From NCBI GenBank assembly GCA_965248575.1, contig CBDFJQ010000002.1, positions 1,920,001 through 1,984,000 on the forward strand: a stretch of DNA of 64,000 bases. The letters are read 5' to 3'. The notes under the pieces are model-generated. The model had not been told where the DNA came from. It ran no database searches and saw only the letters and a list, made by a program, of their open reading frames with translations. Source of the DNA: Planctomycetota bacterium. GTDB lineage: Bacteria; Planctomycetota; B15-G4. Below are positions 9,490 to 19,531 of the stretch, in pieces. Within the stretch, counting starts at the first letter, position 1. The number at the start of each line of letters is the position of its first letter. The position numbers and the translations under genes were made by a program.

Positions 9490-12400
9490 ATGACCTTTGG
9501 TGCCCTAAGGAACCGCGAGTTCCTGCGACTTTCGACCGTCCTTGGTCTGGCCTTGCTCTGGCTCCTGCCCTCGGGCTGCGGAGAAGACGCTCCGCCCGCG
9601 CCCGAACAGGCGCCTGAACCGGTCCACGCCCCCGCCCTCGCCCCCACGCCCAAGGCCGAATCGCTGGAGGCCCTCGTGGCTCAGCCGTTCGCGGCGCGGC
9701 ATCCGAAGTCCGGCGGCAAGCGCTTCCGGTCAGTTCCGGCCTCTGAGAGCGGCCTCGACTTCCGGCACGCCTGGCGCCCGGAGCAGAGCTACCTCGGCAT
9801 CCTCGGCAATGCCATGGCCGGAGGCGGCGTGGCCGTGGGCGAGCTCGACGGCGACGGTTACCCCGAGCTGGTGTTCACCCGCCCCTATGGTGGTACACGG
9901 CTCTACAGGAATGAGTCCGGCAATGCCCGGGACGGCGCTGAGCCCGAAGCCCCCTTCCGCTTCCGCGACATCAGCGAGGACGCGGGAATCCTCCCCGATC
10001 TTTGGGGAGGCGGCGCAGCCTTCGCCGACCTCGACAATGACGGCCATCAGGACCTCTACGTCTGCGGCTACGACAACCCCAACCGCCTCTACTGGAACGA
10101 CGGCACGCTGCCCCTGCGCGAAGGTGCCGAGGCAGCCGGCCTCGCCTTCCATGGCTCGTCCATCATGATGGCCTTTGCCGACTACGACCTGGACGGCGAC
10201 CTCGACGGCTATCTGCTGACGAATCGCGTGGGCACCGACAGCGCACCCGACTTTCCGCCGCCCGATCCGAGCGGCCGGGTGAGCATGCCCACGGAGCTGC
10301 TCGAGCAATGGGACGTGCTCTACCGTCCGGATGGTCAGGTCGTCTTCATTCCCAGCGGGCAGTACGACCACCTCTACCAGAACAACGGCGACGGGACCTT
10401 CCGAGACGTCTCGGCAGAGGCGGGCATCAGCGGAAACCATTACGGCCTCTCGGCCACCTGGTGGGACCCGGACGACGACGGCTGGCCCGACCTGTACGTG
10501 GCCAACGACTTCTACGGGCCCGACCAGCTCTATCACAACGGCCGCGACGGGCGCTTCACGGACATCGCTCAACAGTCCCTGCCCCACACTCCTTGGTTCT
10601 CCATGGGTAGCGATGCGGGTGACATCGACGGCGACCTGCTCCAGGACTTCATCGCGTCCGACATGTTGGGGACGACACACGAGCGGCGACACGTGACCCT
10701 GACCGACCTGGCCGAAGGGCGCTGGTTCCTGGAGGCCGCCGAGCCACGGCAGTACATGCGCAACGCCCTGTACCTGAACACGGGCACCCCGCGCTTCAGC
10801 GAGGCCGCCATGACCGCCGGCCTGGCCCGGAGCGATTGGACCTGGTCGACCGTCTTCGGCGACCTGGACCTTGACGGCCGCCTCGACCTCTTCATCTCGA
10901 ACGGCATGTCGCGTGACTACTTCAACTTCGACATGCGCAAGGAGGCGGGTCTGAGTGGCGACATCATGGGCGACTACTGGCTGAAGCAGGAGCCGCTCAT
11001 GGAGGCAAACCTGGCTTTCCGCAACGCCGGCGACCTGGACTTCCAGAGCGTCGGCCCGGACTGGGGTCTCGACCACCATTCCGCGAGCTTCGGGGCGGTC
11101 CTGGCCGACCTCGACCGGGATGGTGACCTCGACGCCGTCATGAATGACTTCGAGGCACCCGCTGCGCTCTTCGAGAACCGCACGAGCGAGGGGCACAGCG
11201 TCTCGGTGGAGCTGCGAGGGCTCCCCGGACAGAGCAACCGCTTCGGCAGTGGCGCACGGGTGTTGCTCACCAGCAGCGGCGGCGGCAGCAGTGACGGTGA
11301 CGGTGAGCAGCGGACGCAAGTGCGACACCTCTCCCTCTCTCGCGGCTACATGTGCGGCGTGGAAGCCCGGCTTCACTTCGGCCTCGAGACCCACACGAAG
11401 GTGGAACGGATCGAAGTGCGCTGGCCCGGTGGCCAGCTCCAGCTGTTCGAGGACCTGGACGTCGACAGCCACTACATCCTGCGACAAGAATCCCTGGCCG
11501 CGAGCGCGGCGACGCCCATCACCTCGGCCATGCCTCCTCGGTCGCCACCCCTCTTCGCTGCCTTTGATGGCCCCGCTCACCAAGAGAGCAGCTTCGACGA
11601 CTTCGAGCAGCAGCCCCTGCTGCCCCGTCGGCTGTCTCGGGGCGGGCCGGCCCTTGCCTGTGGCGACATCAATGGTGACGGACATGACGATCTCTTCCGG
11701 GGCGGCGCCAGCGGCCGCGCCCCCCAGCTGCTGATCAGCACGGAGCAAGGCCTGCGCCCGGGCGCCTTGGGCGCGCTCGAGTTCGACGACTACTACGAGG
11801 ACCAGGGCGCGTTGTTCCTCGACGTCGACAGCGACGGCGACCAGGACCTCTACGTGGTCAGTGGCGGGGTGGAAGGGCGGGTGGGCAGCGCCGTCTACCG
11901 CGACCGCCTCTACCTGAACGATGGGTCAGGCTCGTTTCACCGCGCGCCCAAGACAGCGCTCCCGGACCTCGCGGATGCCGGCAGCCACCTCGCTGCAGCC
12001 GATGTGGATGGCGACGGCGACCTCGACCTCTTCGTGGGCGGGCGAAGCGTGCCCGGCGCCTGGCCTCAAGCTGGCAGCAGCCGGCTCCTGCGCAACGAGG
12101 GTGGAGTCTTTCGCGACGCCTCGCAGGAGCTCGCCCCGGGACTCGCAGAGCAGGGGCGCGTCACAGCCGCACTGTTCAGCGACGCCGACCAGGACGGCGA
12201 CCCGGACCTGTTGGTGACCCATGAGTGGGGCCCCGTCCGCTTCTGGCGCAACCGGGAGGGTCAGTTCGTCGACGAAACGCAGGCGGCGGGCCTGGCAGCG
12301 CTGACCGGCTGGTGGCAGGGAATCGCGTGCAGTGATGTCGACCACGATGGCGACTTCGACTACGTGGTGGGCAACCTCGGCCTCGGGTCCCGCACCCGAG

Positions 12401-13383
12401 CCTCTGCCGAACAACCTGCCGTCCTCTTCGCCGGTGATCTCGATGGCAGCGGCACCAACAGCCTGCTGGAGACGGCATGGGTCGAGGGTGTGCTGCGGCC
12501 CCTGCGTACCCGTGGCGATGTGCTCAGCGTCATGCCCATCCTGGGCGAGTTCTTCCCGACCAACGACAGCTGGGGCCGCGCCAGCATCGAAGAGGTGTTC
12601 GGCGGCGAGGCCCTGGCCGCGGCGATCCGACTGGAAGCCACCACCTGCGAGTCGGGACTCTTGCGCAACGATGGGACAGGTCGCTTCCGCTTCGAAGCCC
12701 TGCCCCGGCGTGCCCAGATCTCTCCGGTCCGGAGCGCCAGCTTCACGGAGATCAACGGCGACGGACACCCGGACCTGGTGTTGGTCCAGAACGACTACAG
12801 CCCCCAAGCGGAACACGGCCGTCTCGATGGAGGCATGGGTTTGGTGCTGCTGGGCGACGGTCGGGGCGGCTGGACACCCATGCGACCCGACCGCAGCGGC
12901 TTCAGCGTCCCGGGCGACGGGCGCAGCCTGAGCGTGTTCGACCTCAACCGGGACGCCTGGGCCGATCTGGTCGCCACGGTGAATGACGGCCCCATGCGCC
13001 TCTTCGTGCGCGCCCCGGCGTCCGCCGGGGCGGCCGGTGCCAACACCGGTGCCAACAGCGCTGCCGGCACAGGCTCTCCCACGAGCCGAAGCCTGGCGGT
13101 TCGCCTGGAGGGTCCCAACGGAAACCTGGCAGCCATCGGTGCACGTGTCCGCTTCGAGCAGCCCGAAATGCCCCCACAGGTCGCGGAAGTCGCCGGCGGC
13201 TCCGGCCTGCTCGGCCAAGCAGGAGGCCTGCTCTTCTTCGGAGTCGCGTGGGCTCCCTCCAACTCCACAGCCGCGCCCCTGACCTTGGGCAGCTTGCATG
13301 TCACCTGGCCAGACGGATCGACTCAGGAGCAGGCCGTCTCCAACCGGAGGTTCAGGTTCACCCTGACGTACAAGGGGTCCTGA
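9490..13383 (+). CDS. FG-GAP/VCBS repeat + ASPIC/UnbV lipoprotein (duplicated propeller-ASPIC architecture)
   Basis: ORF 9061..13383 with a likely start at ATG 9490 giving lipobox LLPSGC. DxDxDG repeats, RGYMCGVEARLHFGL...VRWPGG, and a second ASPIC-like end (VTWPDG). Confidence 0.88.
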   Translation: MTFGALRNREFLRLSTVLGLALLWLLPSGCGEDAPPAPEQAPEPVHAPALAPTPKAESLEALVAQPFAARHPKSGGKRFRSVPASESGLDFRHAWRPEQSYLGILGNAMAGGGVAVGELDGDGYPELVFTRPYGGTRLYRNESGNARDGAEPEAPFRFRDISEDAGILPDLWGGGAAFADLDNDGHQDLYVCGYDNPNRLYWNDGTLPLREGAEAAGLAFHGSSIMMAFADYDLDGDLDGYLLTNRVGTDSAPDFPPPDPSGRVSMPTELLEQWDVLYRPDGQVVFIPSGQYDHLYQNNGDGTFRDVSAEAGISGNHYGLSATWWDPDDDGWPDLYVANDFYGPDQLYHNGRDGRFTDIAQQSLPHTPWFSMGSDAGDIDGDLLQDFIASDMLGTTHERRHVTLTDLAEGRWFLEAAEPRQYMRNALYLNTGTPRFSEAAMTAGLARSDWTWSTVFGDLDLDGRLDLFISNGMSRDYFNFDMRKEAGLSGDIMGDYWLKQEPLMEANLAFRNAGDLDFQSVGPDWGLDHHSASFGAVLADLDRDGDLDAVMNDFEAPAALFENRTSEGHSVSVELRGLPGQSNRFGSGARVLLTSSGGGSSDGDGEQRTQVRHLSLSRGYMCGVEARLHFGLETHTKVERIEVRWPGGQLQLFEDLDVDSHYILRQESLAASAATPITSAMPPRSPPLFAAFDGPAHQESSFDDFEQQPLLPRRLSRGGPALACGDINGDGHDDLFRGGASGRAPQLLISTEQGLRPGALGALEFDDYYEDQGALFLDVDSDGDQDLYVVSGGVEGRVGSAVYRDRLYLNDGSGSFHRAPKTALPDLADAGSHLAAADVDGDGDLDLFVGGRSVPGAWPQAGSSRLLRNEGGVFRDASQELAPGLAEQGRVTAALFSDADQDGDPDLLVTHEWGPVRFWRNREGQFVDETQAAGLAALTGWWQGIACSDVDHDGDFDYVVGNLGLGSRTRASAEQPAVLFAGDLDGSGTNSLLETAWVEGVLRPLRTRGDVLSVMPILGEFFPTNDSWGRASIEEVFGGEALAAAIRLEATTCESGLLRNDGTGRFRFEALPRRAQISPVRSASFTEINGDGHPDLVLVQNDYSPQAEHGRLDGGMGLVLLGDGRGGWTPMRPDRSGFSVPGDGRSLSVFDLNRDAWADLVATVNDGPMRLFVRAPASAGAAGANTGANSAAGTGSPTSRSLAVRLEGPNGNLAAIGARVRFEQPEMPPQVAEVAGGSGLLGQAGGLLFFGVAWAPSNSTAAPLTLGSLHVTWPDGSTQEQAVSNRRFRFTLTYKGS

Positions 13384-14863
13384 GCGCAGCGTCGCCCCGT
13401 TCCCTCCAGGCCGGGAGCTGAGACACCCACGGTCGGGCCCGCTCCAGAGCGGCCGCCGCGGCCAGCACGGTCGCATCATCAAAGCGTCGACCCACGATCT
13501 GTAAACCCACTGGCAAACCGTCGGCGCTGAGTCCCGCTGGGATGCTGATGGCCGGGTGCCCCGTGAAGTTCACTGGGTGGGTGAGGCACCACCCGATCGT
13601 ACGCTCGACGCTCTGGCCGTTGACCCGGCTGGGGCCCAGCGTGGATCCGTCCCCGGCGTTGGGAAAGGGCAAGGCACCCACCGTGGGCGTCACCAGCAGA
13701 TCGTGATTCGCGAACACGGATTGGAAGGCATCGAACACCGCGCTGCGCAGGACGTCACCGCGCTTGGCCTGCACCGCTCCCATCCCCTGTCCGGCCAGCA
13801 GCAAGGCCAGGAACTCAGGGCAGAGATCGTGGCGGTGCTCTCCCAGGAGGTCGACGCCCGCCGCAGCGAGGTTGTCTGCCGTCGCCGCGTACAGCACCGC
13901 CATCTGCTCCAGCCAGAGTTCGGTCAGACGCTCATGGGGGGCGCCCAGCTCGAGCGGGATCTCATCCACCAACAGGCCCGCCGTCTGGAGCGCTTGCACT
14001 GCCTCGCGCACCACGCGGTCCACCTCAGGCTCGACCGGGAAGCCACCCATGTCCGGGCTGAACGCGACCCTCAATCCCTCGGACCGACGCTCCGGCGCAG
14101 CCAACCAGTCCAGCCCATCGTCGGGCAGCGACAAGGGGTCGCGCTCATGCGGGCCGCACATCACGGAGACCATGAGCGCCGCATCCCCCACCGTGCGGGT
14201 GATCGGCCCCGCATGCAGGCAAGGTGTGTGCAGGAAGGCGTCCGGGCGATAGGCAGCCGCAACCCGCCCCACGCTGGGCTTGAAGCCCACCACCCCGCAG
14301 TGTGCCGCCGGAATCCGGATCGAGCCCCCCGCATCGCTGCCCTGGGCCAGGGGCACCAGGCCGTCGGCCACCGCCGCAGCCGAACCGCCCGAGCTGCCCC
14401 CTGCGTTGCGCGCAAGATCGAAGGGTGTGCTGGTGGGCCCGAACAACAGGTTGTCTGTCACGCCCTTGTGCCCGAACTCGGGAGTGTTCGTCTTGCCGAG
14501 CACGATGGCACCGGCGTCCTGCAGCCGCTGCACATAGACCGCGCTCTCGTCAGGCACGAAGTCCCGGAAGACGCGGCAGCCGAAGGTGTTCCGCACGCCG
14601 GCCAGAGAATCGAAGAGGTCCTTGATGGCCACGGGCACGCCGTGCAGCGGCCCCATGGGCCCTCCTGCCCGTAGCGCCCTGTCCGCCTGCTCAGCGCCAC
14701 GCCGCGCGTGTTCGTCGAGGCGCGTGACAATGGCGTTCAGCTCGCCATTGCGGGCGTCGATGCGCGCCAGACAAGCGTCGACCACCTCCACGGAAGACCG
14801 CTCGCCGCTACGAATCTGCCCAGCCAGCTCCGTCGCGGAGAGAAAGCAGACATCCGTGGTCAC
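13358..14863 (-). CDS. Amidase signature family enzyme
   Basis: Ser-cisSer-Lys triad motifs: GVPVAIKD, GKTNTPEF, GGSSGGSAAAVA, GSDAGGSIRIPA. Confidence 0.95.
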   Translation of the reverse strand: MTTDVCFLSATELAGQIRSGERSSVEVVDACLARIDARNGELNAIVTRLDEHARRGAEQADRALRAGGPMGPLHGVPVAIKDLFDSLAGVRNTFGCRVFRDFVPDESAVYVQRLQDAGAIVLGKTNTPEFGHKGVTDNLLFGPTSTPFDLARNAGGSSGGSAAAVADGLVPLAQGSDAGGSIRIPAAHCGVVGFKPSVGRVAAAYRPDAFLHTPCLHAGPITRTVGDAALMVSVMCGPHERDPLSLPDDGLDWLAAPERRSEGLRVAFSPDMGGFPVEPEVDRVVREAVQALQTAGLLVDEIPLELGAPHERLTELWLEQMAVLYAATADNLAAAGVDLLGEHRHDLCPEFLALLLAGQGMGAVQAKRGDVLRSAVFDAFQSVFANHDLLVTPTVGALPFPNAGDGSTLGPSRVNGQSVERTIGWCLTHPVNFTGHPAISIPAGLSADGLPVGLQIVGRRFDDATVLAAAAALERARPWVSQLPAWRERGDAALRTPCTSG

Positions 14864-14899
14864 GTCGGTCCTCCGGTTCAGGGCAGCAAGATTCCGCGT

Positions 14900-16072
14900 T
14901 CAGTGCTGCAGCAACTTCACGGCTCGCTCCAGGCCATCCATGGTGAGCGGCACCATGCGACCGCCCACGAGCTCGCTGATCATTCCGATCGAGTGGGTCC
15001 AACCCCAGGTCTCTTCGGGGACGGGATTGATCCAGACAACCCTGTCCCAGTGAGCCGTGATGCGCCTCATCCAGACGAAGCCCGCCTCCTCGTTCCAATG
15101 CTCCACCGAGCCACCTGGCTCGCTGATTTCGTAGGGGCTCATGGAGGCGTCACCCACGAAGACCACGCGCCAGTCCGGCCCGTAGGTGCGCAGCAGTTCG
15201 CGGGTGCTCGTGGCGTCGCTCCATCGTTGCCGGTTGTTGCGCCACACCCGCTCGTAGACGCAGTTGTGGAAGTAGACGTGCTCCAGGTGATGGAACTCCG
15301 TCTTGGTGGCACTGAACAGTTGGTCAGCCAGCAGCACGTGGTCGTCCATGGAGCCGCCCACGTCGAGCATGAGCAGCACCTTCATCTGGTTGGTGCGAGC
15401 CGCCTGGTGCTGGATGTCCAACCAGCCTTTGCGCGCGGTGGCCGTGATGGTCCCATCCAGGTCGAACTCTACAGGTGAGCCATCCCGGGTCAGGTGCCGC
15501 AACTTGCGCAGCGCCACCTTCATGTTGCGCGTGCCCAGCTCGCAGTCCCCGTCCATGTCCTGAAACTCGCGTTTGTCCCAGACCTTGATGGCCCGCCGGT
15601 GCCGGCTCTCCTTCTGCCCGATGCGGATGCCCATGGGGTTGTAGCCGTAGGCCCCGAAGGGTGAGGTGCCCCCGGTGCCGATCCACTTGGAGCCGCCACC
15701 GTGCTTGCCCTCCTGTTCGGCCAGGCGCTGCTTGAGCGTGTCGAGCAGCTCTCGGAAGCCGCCCAGCTCTTTCACCAGCGCCTTCTCCTCCTCGCTCAAC
15801 AGCTTCTCGCCGATGGACTTCAGCCACTCCTCGGGGATCTCCGCGAAGGGGTCGTCGATCTGCTCCAGGCCCTCGAACTGCTCGGAGAACACCCGGTCGA
15901 AGCGGTCCAGGTGCCGCTCGTCCTTCACCAAGGTCGCGCGTGAGAGGTAGTAGAAGTTCTCCACCGAGAACTGCTCGAGGCCCGCGGCCAGGGCCTCCTG
16001 CAGGGTGAGCAGTTCCTTGAGCGACACAGGGATGCCGGCGGCACGCAGGGAGAAGAAGAAGCGGACGAACAT
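14900..16072 (-). CDS. VWA domain protein (CoxE-like), MoxR partner
   Basis: KWIGTGGTSPFG, MIDAS-like DVGGSM, FVGDASM, VVWINP. Adjacent to a MoxR ATPase. Confidence 0.9.
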   Translation of the reverse strand: MFVRFFFSLRAAGIPVSLKELLTLQEALAAGLEQFSVENFYYLSRATLVKDERHLDRFDRVFSEQFEGLEQIDDPFAEIPEEWLKSIGEKLLSEEEKALVKELGGFRELLDTLKQRLAEQEGKHGGGSKWIGTGGTSPFGAYGYNPMGIRIGQKESRHRRAIKVWDKREFQDMDGDCELGTRNMKVALRKLRHLTRDGSPVEFDLDGTITATARKGWLDIQHQAARTNQMKVLLMLDVGGSMDDHVLLADQLFSATKTEFHHLEHVYFHNCVYERVWRNNRQRWSDATSTRELLRTYGPDWRVVFVGDASMSPYEISEPGGSVEHWNEEAGFVWMRRITAHWDRVVWINPVPEETWGWTHSIGMISELVGGRMVPLTMDGLERAVKLLQH

Positions 16073-16084
16073 CGCGCAGCCCCC

Positions 16085-16966
<882 letters not shown>

Positions 16967-17217
16967 GTGGGCAGAGCTGCAGGGGAGGACGGATTGAGAG
17001 CCAAGCGCAGAGGGTGCCCATCGTCGCGGCGCCCCCCCGGCTCCGCAAGAGCCCCGCGCAAGCCCTCCTCTCTTTCTGGCCCCGTCTTTCTGTCCCCTCC
17101 ATTATCTGTCCCCCCCTCCATCGCACGGACCCGGGATGAGAGGATGGAGACCGCTTCGAGAATCCCCGCCTCCCTGAATCGTGTGACCCAGGACATGCCA
17201 CCCGTGAGTTTCCGGAC

Positions 17218-19476
17218 GTGAACCACCTGCTGAGCCTGCTCGTGCTGTTGAGCCTGCTGTCCTGCGGGGACGGCGTCCTTCAGCCACCAGCCCCCGAACA
17301 AGACGCATCCGCAGCTGAGACGGCCGCTGGATCCGAGGCCTCACCCAGCGAGGCCGATCTGAAGCCCTTCGTCTCCCAGCGCGCGGAGTTCCAGGCCATC
17401 GCCGACCGCCTGACAGCCAGCGACAATCTCTACCTGGGCCATGCCCAGCTGGAGACCCAACGCGTGCGCCTGGCACACGCCAGCCTGGCCGACTCCGAGC
17501 GCCTGGGCTTGCTCATGGAGAACTCCCTGGATCTGCTCCGCATTGGAGACGTGGACGGCAGCCTGCACCAGTTGGAGGAGGCTGCACGCCTAGCCAATCG
17601 CCTGGGGCTGAGCGATGAGCAACAAGTCCCCATCCATCAGCTGACGGGGCTGGCCTACCTGCGCCAGGCGGAGGTGGCCAACTGCATCCAGCGCCACAAT
17701 GCTGAGTGTTGCGTCTTCCCCTTGCGCGGCGCCGGCGTGCACGAAGAGCGCGCGCCAGCCTTGGCCGCTCAAGCCGCCTTCTACCGCAGCCTGGCCATCG
17801 CCCCCGGGCAATTGGACACCCGCTGGCTGCTGAACCTCTCGGCCATGGCCCTGGGCGATTGGCCCAAGGGAGTTCCCGCTGAGCTCCGCATCACTCCCAA
17901 GGCCTTCAAGTCCGAGCAACCCTTCCCGCACTTCGATGATGTCGCCGGCGCGTTGGGGGTCGACACCTTCAATCAGTGCGGCGGTGCCGTGGTGGAGGAC
18001 TTCGACGGCGACGGCCACCTGGACATCTTCACCACCACCTTTTCCATGCAGGGCCCGGCGACCTTCTACCGCGGTCGCGAGGGGCTCGCCTTCGACGACC
18101 ACTCCCAGCGCTCCCACGCAGACGACCAGCTGGGCGGCCTCAACTGCGTCGCAGCCGACTACGACTCCGACGGGGACGCCGATGTGCTGATCCTGCGCGG
18201 CGCATGGCTGTTCGACGACGGCCGCATTCGCAACTCGCTTCTGCAGAACGACGGACAAGCGCGCTTCCACGATGTCACCGAAGCAGCTGGCCTCTCCAGT
18301 CCCGCTGCACCGACGCAAGCCGCCTGCTTCGGAGACTTCAACGACGACGGGCAGCTCGACCTCTACATCGGCAACGAATCCCGCAAAGAACAGCGGGGAG
18401 ACGGGGACTACCCCAGCCAGCTGTTTCGCAACCTGGGTGCTGGTGCTCAGGAGGGCGGAGTCGGAACGACGCGCTTCCAGGACGTGGCAGCCGAAGCGGG
18501 CGTGAGCAACGATCGCTACGCCAAGGGCGTCGCAGCAGGGGACTACGACAACGACGGCGACCTCGACCTCTACGTCTCCAACGCGGGGGCCAACCGGCTC
18601 TATCGCAACGACGGCGACATGCGCTTCACCGATGTCGCCACGGAGTTGGGTGTGGCCGAGCCCGTGGGGCGCAGTTTCGCCTGCTGGTTCTTCGACCTCC
18701 AGAACGACGGTTGGCTGGATCTCTTCGTCGGAGCCTTCGACGCCAGCTTGAATGACGTCGCCGCCGACGCGCTCAATCAGCCCTTCAACGCCCAGCCCCC
18801 ACGCCTCTACCGCAACGACGAGGGGCGCTTCACCGACATCGCCCCCGCCTCCGGCCTCAACCACGCCTGGTTGCCCATGGGGGCAGGCTTCGGAGACCTG
18901 GACAGCGACGGTTTCCTAGACATCTATCTCGCCACCGGTGACCCCGGCTACCAGACCCTGGTGCCCAACGTGATGCTCAGGAATGACGGCGGCGAGGGCT
19001 TCAAGAACATCACCACCGTGGGCGGCTTCGGCCACCTGCAGAAGGGGCACGGCGTGGCCTTCGCCGACCTGGACAACGATGGCGATCAGGACCTCTACAA
19101 CCAGCTGGGCGGCTTCTATCCTGGGGACGCTTACGCCAACGCCCTGTTCCGCAACCCCGGCCACGAGAACCACTTCCTGTACGTCAGCCTGGTGGGAACG
19201 CAGAGCAACCGCTCAGGCATCGGTGCGCGGCTCAAGCTGATCGTCGAGGACGACGCGGGACAGCGCGAGATCCACCGCGCCGTGGGCAGCGTGAGTTCAT
19301 TTGGCGGAACACCCATCCGCCAGGAAATCGGGCTGGGTGCGGCGAGCCGGATCGTGTCGCTCGAGATCACCTGGCCCAGCAGCGGGATCCATCAGCTGCA
19401 CGAGCACGTGGGCCGGGACCGCTGGATCCAGGTGGTGGAGGGCGACTCCGCCATCACCAGCCTGCCCTTGCGATGA
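17218..19476 (+). CDS. CRTAC1-family FG-GAP + ASPIC/UnbV lipoprotein with TPR-like N-terminus
   Basis: Lipobox LLSC, helical N-terminus with NC...H...CC motif, DxDxDG repeats, GFGHLQKGHGVAF, and a C-terminal ASPIC unit (SSFGG...EIGLG...ITWPSSG). Confidence 0.9.
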   Translation: MNHLLSLLVLLSLLSCGDGVLQPPAPEQDASAAETAAGSEASPSEADLKPFVSQRAEFQAIADRLTASDNLYLGHAQLETQRVRLAHASLADSERLGLLMENSLDLLRIGDVDGSLHQLEEAARLANRLGLSDEQQVPIHQLTGLAYLRQAEVANCIQRHNAECCVFPLRGAGVHEERAPALAAQAAFYRSLAIAPGQLDTRWLLNLSAMALGDWPKGVPAELRITPKAFKSEQPFPHFDDVAGALGVDTFNQCGGAVVEDFDGDGHLDIFTTTFSMQGPATFYRGREGLAFDDHSQRSHADDQLGGLNCVAADYDSDGDADVLILRGAWLFDDGRIRNSLLQNDGQARFHDVTEAAGLSSPAAPTQAACFGDFNDDGQLDLYIGNESRKEQRGDGDYPSQLFRNLGAGAQEGGVGTTRFQDVAAEAGVSNDRYAKGVAAGDYDNDGDLDLYVSNAGANRLYRNDGDMRFTDVATELGVAEPVGRSFACWFFDLQNDGWLDLFVGAFDASLNDVAADALNQPFNAQPPRLYRNDEGRFTDIAPASGLNHAWLPMGAGFGDLDSDGFLDIYLATGDPGYQTLVPNVMLRNDGGEGFKNITTVGGFGHLQKGHGVAFADLDNDGDQDLYNQLGGFYPGDAYANALFRNPGHENHFLYVSLVGTQSNRSGIGARLKLIVEDDAGQREIHRAVGSVSSFGGTPIRQEIGLGAASRIVSLEITWPSSGIHQLHEHVGRDRWIQVVEGDSAITSLPLR

Positions 19477-19531
19477 ACAAGACGCTGAGGCATTCGCCGG
19501 GCACGTGACAGCAGCCCCTCCGGCCCTCCGT

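Noticed and set aside
9730..11748. Long antisense ORFs (e.g. 4080..5975, 9730..11748, 11926..13482, 20186..22126, 40172..42301, 46130..47959, 52087..53643)
   Set aside because: They are shadow frames of clear genes on the opposite strand, expected in high-GC DNA, and carry no motifs.
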